This document shows, piece after piece, positions 37,640 to 49,717 of a DNA stretch of 64,000 nucleotides. The stretch spans positions 8,060,001-8,124,000 of the forward strand of contig NC_045138.2 in assembly GCF_008831285.2 (NCBI RefSeq), in the 5' to 3' direction. Below the pieces are notes generated by a model that saw only the letters and a program-made list of their open reading frames with translations, searched no databases and was not told where the DNA came from. This DNA comes from Nymphaea colorata. Its lineage: Eukaryota. A program made the position numbers and the translations under genes. Each line of letters opens with the position of its first letter. Position 1 is the first letter of the stretch.

Positions 37640-37698
37640 GAGAGAGAGAGAGAGAGACTTACATGCTCCGAGAGAAAGAGAAAGAGAGAGAGAGGAGA

Positions 37699-37966
37699 GA
37701 GAGAGTAAATTGAATGGTGACTCTGACTATCCCAAGCCAATTAGCTCACCTTTGAAGGTTACTTGATTTATCATCATAGACTATTGAGAAAAAAACAAGA
37801 AAACTATTGAGAAAAAAACAAGAAAAAATGATGGGTAATTTTGTTATATAGATTTCACAACTTTTCTTTTTTGTTTTTTATTTCAACCATCCATCACATT
37901 AGATCCGATGGTCTTCCTAACTGATTTGGGTGACTCTCAATAGTCATAATCATCATTCACTCTCTC
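37699..37966. mobile_element. Microsatellite-associated MITE next to the LINE 5' end
   Basis: Inverted ends GAGAGAGTAAATTGAATGGTGACTCTGACTAT / ATAGTCATAATCATCATTCACTCTCTC; internal tandem ACTATTGAGAAAAAAACAAGAAAA x2. Confidence 0.6.
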
Positions 37967-39385
37967 ACTTTATATATTTTTATATAAAATAAATGTGTGT
38001 GTAATTCAAAAATTGTGAAACATATGGGAAGACATCACATAATGAGCTTAAACTCTGTAAATGACCGTTAGAAGCTGATAGTCGAGATATGCACATAACA
38101 AAACAGATTCAATCCGTTAGAAGCTACGATAGTATTTAATAGCAAATCTCAAAAGACCAAAAGTACCCCTAAACCGCAAAAAAGAAAAATGGAACCCTTA
38201 AAAGGACAAAATTGGAAGAGTAAACAAATTACTTTTCTTAATAAGAACAAAAATACCCCTAAAAAGAAAAAAACAATCCTCGTGTATTAAAGTTGGCACG
38301 AGGGGCATCGTATCAATGGTTCATGCACTACCCATGTATGTATAAATTAACTGATGAGATAAATTAACATTACTTATATACAAGTCCTGCATAGAGTAAA
38401 CAAAGTTGATCAATGAGCTACTAACTCCTCTTCTACCAGAAAGAAGGAAGAATCTAGCTAGCAGGTCAAAACTAAAAGGAAAAGGGGGAAGCCAGGCCTA
38501 TGTATATTCCTTGATTATATTAATCGCTATCTAAAGCACAGTTCAACTTCAAAAGAAAGCATATCAGTTTCAACTCCCATTGACGGGGCAAATCAATGGT
38601 ACAAATTCGAAAGAATGCAACTCCAGCCTAGATTGGCAAAAAATCAAAAGGCTAGCAAGTCAAATTTATGTAATAAGAAACCCATGATTTTATCATCGCC
38701 GTCAAAAATGGCTAGTCAACGTTATGGAGTGACACCAATATTCTTCAGTATGATATTTCTAATAACTAGCTTTCAGTCGCTGATCTTGTGGGGAGTCAAA
38801 GCGAGCTAGCTCCTTAATGGCTATACACTAAGACAGCTCGAATGCCATGGTCAGCGACTCGGCCGTCAACTTAATTTTGAATTCGAACATTTTTTTCTGG
38901 TAATTAGTTGTGAAATTATATGATCAAGATCATAAAAGTGCTCCTTTTAAAGGGATATCACTAATATTAATGAATTGCCCATACACCAGGGATGAATTCA
39001 ATTCTGATCTCCCATGCATCCCTTGTGTGCCATAGCACTGGCGTGTTTGACGTGTTTCACCATCACTGGACACGCTCTTGACAATATTCATGGTTTAGCT
39101 TGTCTGCAATTTTGTTCCTCCCATCCCATCGAATTAAGTTTGATGGTTTTTCTTGCAAACAATAGTGGACTTGTGGCCGATGCAGACAAGCAATAGATCC
39201 AGCAAGCAACCATATATATATAGCAGATGTTAAACGCTTAGATGAAGTCAAAAACAATCTCAGCCCTAGATGTTCTCTAGGTTGGTGATTGAAAGAAAAA
39301 CTAATGCTAGGTGACAAAATTGCGTATCACATTTTTTCCTTGCTTAATTTTTTCTCAACGGATCTAGACAAGATAAAGCACTGAT

Positions 39386-41382
39386 GTCATTCCTTATCTA
39401 TCCCTCCTCACTAGATCCAAAATAGATCCATAAATCCAAATCCAAATCCCAGCTCCTTTATACAAAACAAAGCCCTAAATCCAAATCTAGAACCAAATCC
39501 CAGCTCCATGTCCAAAACAGAGCCATATCCAAATCCAGATCCAAATACCAGCCCCAGATCCGAAAAAGATACCTAGATCCAAAATGGATCCACATCCAAA
39601 TCTAAATTCTAAAATCAGATCCACAAAAGAACTTTATATGCAAACTTTGATCAAAATCTCAATTCTAAACCCATTTGGTCCCAATTTGTGCATTCAATTC
39701 AATTCAGTTCCGATCCAGACCAAAGACCCAAAATCTAGATCCATATCCTTGTTTGGTTGCAAATTCTTATTCTAGGTCCAAATTTAGATCCAATTCCTTC
39801 TTTTTACTTAATCCAAATCTAAAGCTGATGTTCATATTCAAATATGAATTTTAGATCCAAATAAGATGTTAGGATCATTTTCTAAATATCAATAATTTCT
39901 AATTCAAAATTCTCTAGATACCTTTGATTTTATCTAAATACCATTTAATGTTCTGAAAATACCCTGGCCGGCCAATCCCGACTTCAGTGCACCTAACCTG
40001 GCCAGGCTTAGCCTGACCATGCTAGGAATGTACCTGAACAAGCCCAGCTTGTGGCTGGCCAGAACAGACTAGACTAGGCCTACCAATGGGCCAGGACTAG
40101 CATGGGCAAGCCCTAGGGGGCAGCCTGCCCCTTGTGTGGTCAACCCTCCAATCAACTTATTTCTGAACAGATTTGACCTTTTTAATGTTTTTGAGCTATT
40201 TTGAATCCAATAATGATTAATTTATGGCTAATTTCATTTAAAAAAAGACCACATTGCCCTTGAGCCTCCTTCTTCTATAAAAAATTCCTCATTTCTCTTA
40301 TTTAACATCAATTCATCATCCTTTTAAGCCTTTGAGCATTCTCTCCTCTTCTACATTTCTTCTTATTCTCCTCCTCTTTCTGTTCTTATTCTTCAATGTT
40401 TCTTTCTTGACTCTCATCATCATCAACTTCAAATATTTATTTTCAACAAAAGACCTTGGAGAAGCTTGTGATGAACTTTTGAGAAGCATCTCCAACCCAT
40501 TCAAGCCAAGGAGTTCTCTTCGCGCGGAAGAGCTAAATCCCTAATGAGGTGATAATAGAATCAAGGCAAAATCTTGAAACTTACTTAAGATTCAAGAGAA
40601 ACACTCCTACAAATTTTAATATTTTCTTGTTTCAAATATGAAATATTTATTTTTTTCAACATAATACTTTGATTTTCAAATATTTGCAATATTTCAAAAT
40701 TCTTCTCTTTGGCCCTATGATGAACGAAAGCTATGGTCATCATTCTTCTATTTTAATATCATATTTTTTGGACAAAATTTGAAATGCTTGCTTTTGCAAA
40801 TGCTAAGTTGAAGCCATGTTTTGCAAAACAAGCAATTTAAAAATATGTTTTCAATCATATTTTTTTCAAACAAGTCAAAAAAAATTATTTTCAAAAGTAT
40901 CTTCAAATATCAGTTATCTTTATTTAAGTTCTAGTGACGATATTTGAATAACTCAAATGATCTTAAAGCGTCTCTTTTGAACAATTGATGTACTATACAA
41001 TTTGACTGTTCAGAACTTTCAATTTAAATTTTCTAAAGTTGCCAATTATTCAGGGTTCGTTGACCCTAAAGACCATAGTTCTAGACCTAAGGGCAGTACC
41101 TTTTAAATTAATCTCTATTTTAGACATTTCTCAATATTTTAAAATTTATGTTTAAACTTGAGCACACATGTATATGGGATTTAGGATAACATTTCAAATA
41201 TTGAAATGTGCAAAGCAAGAGGCTACTTCTTGGTTGGGCTACACCTAATAAAAGCATTGGGAACGGCCAGACCTCGTATTGACTGGCGTGTCTCATTCTC
41301 TCTCTTTTCAAAACAAAACCTTATTTTCTAAAGCACTCCAAAAAAAAAAATTGGATGCAAACAGATGGCGACCGTGATGGGA
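39386..41382 (+). mobile_element. Ty3/gypsy (Tat/Ogre-like) LTR with adjacent primer-binding site
   Basis: AATCCAAATCC/AGATCC repeats (39410-39860), TATA-like CTATAAAA (~40275), GGAACGG..GACCTCGTA end motif shared with the other long LTRs here, end ...GCAAACA (41363), then PBS-like TGGCGACCGTGATGGGA (41366-41382, tRNA-Arg-like). The 5' boundary is approximate. Confidence 0.6.
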
Positions 41383-44300
41383 CCCATCATTGTTTGGCTA
41401 TGATTACCATCGATACATTTCTAATAACTTGAACATCATCTACATTATCGATGTTAAAACATGTCCCCTCTTTGGCCTTGACCACATCGGCATTACATCA
41501 CATTGATTGATGAATATGTTTGCTTTCTTGCATATAAGAACAATCAAGGAGGAACAATCATGATCACCTATATCTAGGATCAAATACAACCCTCCTCAAT
41601 TTAAGGCTTGATTGAAAATCAAGCTCATTCTTTTACCTTATTATAACCACTATTTTAGGCAACATTGCATTAGAGACAACTGATTTTGTATGTTGGATCA
41701 TATTTTAAAAGCTTCCTATGTTTGTTTGTCATGTTCATCATGTTGGGCTTAGTCTTAAGCGGTAGCACAAGACTCAATAAAGAATTTACGCTCGTATATC
41801 TTATCTTGAACAATCATAATTGATCACACCAAATTCAATCAGGGTCCCATATCCTTTTTCATGAATATGCATGATAGATGTACGTGATTTTAGGAAGTGT
41901 TTGAATGTTTATATCATCGTGTGACGAATGCTTGCGTCTTCCTAACACTCATTAATCAATTTAATTTTCTTTTGAATAAAATTCAATTTTTCATTTTCAC
42001 AATCCAAGCCTTTATATCTACCATTACTTTTTCATTTAAATCACTATTTTATTTTTACCATCTCTATACAATGTTCAACACGGCCACGTCATAAACTTAG
42101 GCTTTAACCCTACAACCAATGTTACATTGATTAACACTCTCTTCAAGTTCAATTATTTGGCAAGTCCTTTTTTTTTTAGAATTGCTTTCAAATCTACATT
42201 TTATCTTATCAGTCCCTCATTTATATTAATCTATCTAACCTCTTATTCATGAACATTATACTCATCTACTTGTTCAGTTATCAACTTCACATAACTCGAT
42301 TCATGCATTTTTTTAATGATCCTCCTCTATACTTAGCCTGATAATTTTCTAGCTTCAAGCGTCTTTTTTCCCATTTTACTATTTCCATGATTTTGTTAGG
42401 TCATTATTTATTCCAAGTTTATTACCAATATTTGCTTTACTTCAATGTAGTCTATTTTCAATCATTGTACAGTCATTTTAACTCATTCATTCACCCAAAT
42501 TGAGTCAATGTCTTCCCGAATAAAACATCATGTATTTATTATTTACCTTCTACTACCAGCCATTCATCAAGCCACGTGTCCTCCATCTAGAGCTCCAGCC
42601 CTTGCTCGCACATTAACATCTACCCAAAATCAAGATTCTCCATGAGTGATAGATTGCTCACACTTTTCACTGTTTTCCCATATTATTTTTAAAATGCTTG
42701 ATGTCTTGCTATCTACTGGCATATTTCTAGAATAAGTTTCTTTCTTACAAGCCTTTCCAAAATTCTTTTGTACCTAAGTTCCTAAACATAATATTACCTT
42801 GCGCTCTCATTTTACTATCAGTGAAAAATATATCAATTTTCTTTTTATAATTTTGTCTACCTCTTCTTTTTACTGGAGCATTTTTCATTGGGCATCATTT
42901 TAAGTTGTGAATATTTTGAGGCATTTTTTAAACTTCTTTCTTAACATATTTTTCCACAAGAATTATTCTAACAAATCTTTTAAGTCATCCTTGTCCATCA
43001 AGAAAATGGTCATATCCCATTCAAATCAACTCCACTGCAAACCTAAGGATCTAATTAAGCACAAATTGGCTGCTAGGTTCAGGGCATTCTAAAGCAAACT
43101 CAACCATGTAATTAGACAAAAGAATCTTATGAATGAAGCACAATTTGGCCTTTGGGCCAAGGGCTTTTTAAGCAAGCTCAAGTCAACCATTAGGTTGGGG
43201 AATTTAACTAAGCAAGTTCAAAATCTAGCCTTTGGTGAAAACAAAAACTTTATGGTAAGGCAATCCAGGTGATAAGAAGTCTTCCTGTCACAACCTACAT
43301 AGAAGCAATAGGGTCTCATTCTCAGCTTCAACAAAAGTTTTTGAGGTGATGAGGGTTCTTTCTTAGCATTGCCACTTGTTTTCGAGCAACCCACCCATGA
43401 TAGGAGTTAAACACAAAATTATGGACGAAAGAGCTACCCCTACATGTAAAGGGTTAAACCTGCAATGCAAGCTAAGTCAACCCATTCATGGGGGTTAAAC
43501 CTGAACTCAATTTCAGCAAACTCGTGAAGTAAGGGGTTAAACCTACAATATAGGTTCAAACAACCCATTCAGGCAAGGGGTTGAACCCAAAATAGAATTC
43601 TAACATTTTAATTTTCTATATGCACCAATCCTCAGAGACATGTAATTGCAATCACCACCTTTTTCCCCTTTGCCATAGTGTGTAGCTCAAAGTAGCTCTA
43701 TATCGACTACACCCCACTGTAGTAGAGCTCTGCATCTAGTCTACCTACAAACTCAGGAAGGTCAATCTTGACTCCATAAGTGTTGACTCGATGGTGCTCT
43801 CTCGTGCATCTGTGGTACTTAGCTTGGTTGGTGTATATGCCAAAAATAATCATCATCAGAATCTAACAAAGTAGCCCCCTGCACACCTGGTAGTGCATGC
43901 CACTACGATACCTGTGACCCTGTAGCTGACTAACGATCTCTATGTGCTGCATGGAACAGTCAAAATCAAGCGGAATTGGGTGCTCTGGCATTTGGATCAC
44001 ATAGTTGTGCATGGTGCTAAGGAGCACTATATGGGGGTTGCTGGGTAACATAGGTCAGCCTCATATGAGGCATTTGATGAGGATGTGGTTGAGGATGATT
44101 CGCATAGGCTTGGATTAGAGTTGATAGGTAGGCTCAGGGAAGATGGGCTGGCCTGAGTGGTCAAAATACGGGTTTGGGTTTGGATCCGGTTGAAAATCAA
44201 CAAGCTGATCGTGCGGGATATAGGCTTGGTCTAGGCCTGCATGGTGGGATCCAAAATGTACTTCCTAGTCTTGGCCTTGCTCAAAACAAAAGTGGGGGTC

Positions 44301-44620
44301 TCGTCGGGTCCGATTAGGCATGGAAAGGAATTTAGCTCATCGTATAGACCCCAAAAAAAGGTTTGAATCGGCCTAGGACCCATGTTTGTGGCTTGATTCA
44401 GCCTCAAGGAAGGAGGGAAAACCGGTTCTGGTCCTCGGTTTAGGCCTCACGATGATTGGGGTCCGCATCTAGATCCAAAATCCCCATAAAATGGTATGGA
44501 TCAGTATTCAGGGCTTTGGCCAGCACAAGGCTGCCCCTTTTCTTTTGTAACCCATGGCACACCGGAGGGCCGGTGGCAAGTCCGGTTGGCACAGCCCGGC
44601 CAAGGATGAGTCAGCGGTTG

Positions 44621-46336
44621 TATAGACATCCATGTTTTAGCCAAAACAGATTCAATTCAAGTCTATGAATCATGGAATTTCATAAATCCTATAATTAAAA
44701 AGTCCAAATGAGCTTACGGACCTTATCGAAAATCTCTTCTTGATTTCAACATGAAGAATGGATCCAGAGGTTGTCCAACATCTCCTATTTCTCAAAATCA
44801 ACAAACTAATGAAAGTCCAATTAAATTGTGCATGGAAAGGAAGATAGTGAAACGTGGATGAACATATCGTTCATTTTGTGAATGCATGCATACACTCACT
44901 CCACAAAAGCACTCAAGTACCTTAGCCAAAAACTTAAATGAGTCAAGTTAGAGTCACTACCATGACCAAATCATATTGTGACAAAGACATGAGTTCCTCA
45001 TTTACTTCAAGGCAAAAACATCAAAAATTTTAAAATCATTGCAAATTTGAGATTTTCAAAAAAGAAAATTCTCATGATGTCTGGACCTCCTATGAACCAA
45101 AATTGCCACAAAGAATCAATTTTTAATCCAAATCCACAAGTCATCCAAGGCCAAAATGAAAAATTTAAAATGCTCAGCCTGAACTCAATCGAAGGCTCTT
45201 ACAACCTAGTTTGAATGAAGCAACATTTCACAATTTTGGCTGGTTCTCAAAACCAAGGTTTCAAAATCAAGATTCCGGCCATTCAAATTGAGGTTCAAGC
45301 CTCAACCAAAAAAATTCCATATTTCCCAAGATCAAACCACCAGTCCTGACTTCTTCAAAAGCACTCAAGTACCCTAGCCAAAAACTTAAATGAGTCAAGT
45401 TAGAGTCACTACCATGACCAAATCATATTGTGACAAAGACATGAGTTCCTCATTTACTTCAAGGCAAAAACAACAAAAATTTGAAAATCATTGCAAATTT
45501 GAGATTTTCAAAAAAGAAAATTATCATGATGTCTGGACCTCCTATAAACCAAAATCGCCACAAAGAATCAATTTTTAATCCAAATCCACAAGTCATCCAA
45601 GGCCAAAATGAAAAATTTAAAATGCTCAGCCTGAACTCAATCAAAGGCTCTTACAACCTAGTTTGAATGAAGCAACATTTCACAGTTTTGGCTGGTTCTC
45701 AAAACCAAGGTTTCAAAATCAAGATTCCGGCCATTCAAATTGAGGTTCAAGCCTCAACCAAAAAAATTCCATATTTCCCAAGATCAAACCACCAGTCCTG
45801 ACTTCTTCAAAACTAATTTTTAAATTTTGGCCTTAAAAGAAAATCAAAATTTTGGTTCCATATCATAAGATTACTTCAAAAACAATTGTAAATTGGCCAA
45901 ATTTCAGTCATTCGGAGCCCCGATTTTTGACCTCCAAGAATTTCTCCAATCTAGTTCCAAATCCCAAATCTAAGCTATTTTCAAAATTGTAAATTGGCCA
46001 AATTTCGGCCATTCGAAGCCCAGATTTTCGACCTCTAAGATCCAATTCTCAACTCCAAAATTATAGTATCAAAACAACTTGCTAAACTTCAACTACCAGT
46101 TGCCAATTTCAGCTAAAATCTAATCTTCAATCCCAGAAGCAATTTATATAAACCACTGGAATTGAAAGCAAATTTCCGATCTAGTCTAGGCCAAGCTCCA
46201 ATTTTCAAACGAAGTCAAAATAATTTCAAGTACTTGCACAGGCATATTGGAGAAATAACTTGTCAAGCTTGAGAAAGCCTAGACTTTGGACCAATTACCC
46301 CTATTAAAGGTGGTAGGAATAGTCAGACCTTATACA
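44621..46336 (+). mobile_element. 3' part of a gypsy LTR, homologous to 62538-63760
   Basis: Collinear similarity by eye (e.g. GAGTCACTACCATGACCAA, TTTCAAAATCAAGATTC, CAAGCTTGAGAAA.CCTAGAC); truncated on both sides. Confidence 0.75.
44904..45812. repeat. 452-bp near-perfect tandem duplication
   Basis: Units 44904-45355 and 45356-45807 with CAAAA microhomology at the junctions; single copy in the homologous region at ~62822-63270. Confidence 0.95.
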
Positions 46337-46620
46337 ATTTTTAAAAAAACAAGAAAATTCTAGTAAATGATTGTTTATTTCTTTCTTAACACAAAGAATG
46401 AATGAAGATTTCAATTTGTCTCACATCAATCCCATCAAATATCTGGTAGAGATCAACTTTCTTGTGCCTGATGGACTCTTTAGACTCAAACAATACTTTT
46501 CCATATGATTACTTTCTCTTTGGTGAATGCCAAAGCTGATCTGAGCTTCGTACCCTACAACCATTGCTACAAAGGTACTTATCATGGTACCCCACATTTT
46601 GATGTATGTTTCTGAACCAC

Positions 46621-46803
46621 TTGGAGAATTGTGGCCTTGACGAAGCCATCAGCCTGGCGGTCGAACTGGTCAATGGTAGTTTGGTCCATGGAATTGCTGA
46701 AAGATGGAAACAAGAATGAACACGTTTTGGTTTTTGTGGAGTGAAATGACCATCATCCTAGATGAATTTTTCAATATCATGGGACTCCCTAAGTTGGAAG
46801 GTG
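46621..46803 (+). pseudogene. Plant mobile domain (PMD/MAIN-like) fragment of the gypsy element
   Basis: LENCGLDEAISLAVELVNGSLVHGIAERW, then after a frameshift ETRMNTFWFLWSEMTIILDEFFNIMGLP, matching the PMD motif ERW..ETxTF..xGEMTITLxD...LGLP. Confidence 0.75.
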
Positions 46804-46919
46804 ATCCTAGAAGGCCAACTAAAGTCAATTTCTCCTTAACCAAGAAAAAGTCAAAAATTAAGAAGGGATGCGTAAACTCACTAGAAAAAGGAGTTGGCCA
46901 CTCTTGGAGCAAGAAGGGC

Positions 46920-49717
46920 ACTCAAGATGCTTTAACATGGGCCTACAAGGACATGCTGAGCCTTGACACCAAATTGGATTGACATTGATTGCCTTTGAAA
47001 CCAGAGTGCAAACCGATTAATCAAAAACTAAGAAAATTGGATCCTCAACTTGAAGGGCAAGCCAAAGAAGGACTCAAAGACCTATTGAAAGCTGAACTTA
47101 TTTGGGCAATCGACTACTCTGAATGGTTAGCAAAACATCATGGTAGTTTCCAAGAAAAATTGTAAAATTTGTCTCTGCATTGTTTTTAGATATTTGAATA
47201 AAGCCACTCTGCAAGATGACTGCTTATCAAAAAACATTAAATTGTTGGTAGACAGTACAACAAGACATGCAATATTGTCTTTCATGGACAGATATTTGGT
47301 ATAACTGAATCAGACTAGCCACTCACAACCAACCTAAAACATCTTTCACAGCCCCATGAAGAATCTTCAGCTACACAGTGATGCCTTTCGGATTAAAAAC
47401 AGTAGGGCAAGTATAAACAGGCAATAGCCGCTATATTCCATGATCAAATGCATGTTATGAATGCTTATGTTGATGATCTAATCAAATAAAAAACAAGAGA
47501 AAATCATATCAATATTTTTTCTCAAGTATTTAAAAGACTTCTGCAATATAAACTCAGAATACGCGAAAATGTGTGTTCGAAGTAGAGTCTAGAAAATTAC
47601 TAGGGTTCATGGCTTGTAACAAAGGGGACCGAAATGGACCCACCTAAAGCAAAAACAATCATAGAAATTCCTCCACCAACCAATTTAAAAGAGTTGCATA
47701 GCCTGCAAGGCTCGATTCATTCAATTAGGAGATTTATCTTTAATTTGGTTATGAGATGCAAATCATTCAATCAACTCCTAAAGAAATGAGTTAAGTTTGA
47801 ATAGGAACCCGAATGTCAAGAGTCATTTAAAAAGATCAAGAAATATCTCCTTGATCCTTCAATATTAAAACTCCAAGTTTTACGAATTATTACTGTAAAT
47901 CATAGTTAATCACTTTGCATGTGGTGGTTTTCTAACACAAACATGATGATGAATGCAAAATAGAACATGCCATACAATACGGGAAACATTGGTACCATAT
48001 GAAGAAGACCTGCTTGGCATTGGTATGAATGTGTCAAAAATTAAAACACAACCTATTATCCTATGAAGTAAAATGTTATCTAAATTCAACCCACTCAAGT
48101 ATATCTTGGAACAGCCACTCTTGAGTGGAGTAGAAAAAAGCAGCATGTTTTATTGATACACTACAATCTAGAGTATGTGTCACAAAATCAATTAAGAGAC
48201 AAGCCATTGTAGACTAGCTGATAGAATTCCTCTTATCGGAAGAAATCAAAATAAATGATGACTTCCCAAATGAAGAAATTATGATGATAGAACACTATCT
48301 CCTATGAAACTTATATTTCAATGGCCCCAAATGCAGTGTAGGATCTGAGACCAGCACACTCCTCGTCACAGTGGAAAACGAGATAATTATGTATTCTCTC
48401 AAATTAAACTTCTCCTATACACATTATATGGCCGAATACAAAGCCTTGATCCAAGGGCTCAAATTGCTTCTTAAGTTCAAAGAATAGATAGTTCATGTAT
48501 CCGGAGATTCATTCCTACTTGTCAATCAAGTCAATGGTGACTGACAAGTGAAACATCAAAAATTGATTCTTTATCAAAAATTGGCAACTTCACTTGTGGA
48601 ACAATTCGATGAATGTCAACTATCACATTTCAAATAAGAATTAAACCCAATTGTGTATGGTTTGGCTAGCTTAGACACTGCCATCACCTTTAGGCTCAAC
48701 GAGTCATTTAGATCTTTCAAGATTGGCAGTTTAGAATAACCCACGTAGTGCTCCAAATAGAAAGTGAGAAAGCATTCTGATATCAAAACACAAAAGACTA
48801 CATTCAAAACATGATAATGTTCCTAGAAATGTTGCACAAAGAGCAAAAGGCTTTGAGATACACTCTACAAGATACTTTGTCCTTGCAGGGATTCTCTACA
48901 AAAGAGAATTCAATGCATAATATGCTCAATGTCCTGGCAAACAAGAGGCATTGAAAATTATCCAAGAAGCATACGAAAGAATTTGTGCAAACCATGTAGT
49001 GCATCAGACCTTAGTTAGACAGACAGATTATCATGGCAAAGTATTATTGGCCCACCATGCAAAAGGGCTACCAACTATTTGTAAAAAATTGCATAAAATG
49101 TTAGTTGCATGTGCTATCTGTCCACACTCTCGCAACTTACCTTCATTCGGTCAGCTCACCCTAGCCTTTCTCAATGTGGGCCTTCAATGTGGTCGGCCCA
49201 ATCAACCTACCTACCTCAAATTGTTACAAGTATTTTTCTTGTGGCCACTATCTACTTCACTAAATGGATGGAACCAATCACTTAAAAAATAGTTGAAGGA
49301 TGACATATAGTGTCTTTTATCTATAAAAACCTCCTATGGAGATTCAGTATTTTCCATGACATTGTATTAAACAATGACACTCATTTCAAAAAATGAGAGA
49401 ATGCATAGTCTCTGTCAAAGATATTAAATACAACATCACTTCTATGCAACATATTACCCCCAAAGAAATGGTACAAACAAAATTCTAATACGGGGCAGAG
49501 ATAATCCTCCTATTACACATTCAAAAACATGCAATGAAGTTTGCTGACCTAATCGAGCTCCCGATGAGCAAATATAAATGAAAAAGATTGACACAACTCA
49601 ATCTCCTTGCTGAAAAAAAAATTTACAAGTAGCCGAATATACTGTGGCATATCGCAAAAGGGTAGCTCGGTACTTTGTAAAATTTGTCACTGAAGGAAAA
49701 TTTCAAGTATATGATCA
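46920..49717 (+). pseudogene. Decayed Tat/Ogre-lineage Ty3/gypsy pol (RT, RNase H, additional RNase H, integrase)
   Basis: TWAYKDM, KPINQKLRK, SEWLA, LSFMD (~47280), VMPFGLK (~47380), AYVDDL (~47465), MAEYKALIQGL (~48430), GDSFLLVNQV (~48505), YYWPTMQK (~49045), YYPQRNG (~49455). Many stops and frameshifts; gag and protease missing. Confidence 0.9.

Larger units (their letters stand above)
31840..37669 (-). mobile_element. Full-length L1-clade LINE (5.83 kb) inserted in a GA/CT microsatellite
   Basis: 19-bp TSD GAGAGAAAGAGAAAGAGAG at 31821-31839 and 37670-37688. GC-rich 5'UTR, ORF1, ORF2 (APE endonuclease, RT, zf-RVT), T-rich 3'UTR. Confidence 0.93.

Noticed and set aside
37102..37766. Long ORFs on both strands over the LINE 5' end
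   Set aside because: Produced by GC-rich and GA/CT repeats lacking stops; they cross the element boundary.
41383..44620. Sequence after the gypsy PBS as gag or another coding relic
   Set aside because: I could not recover any convincing protein motif on either strand; left unclassified, probably TE-derived (GGGGTTAAACC repeats at ~43450-43590).
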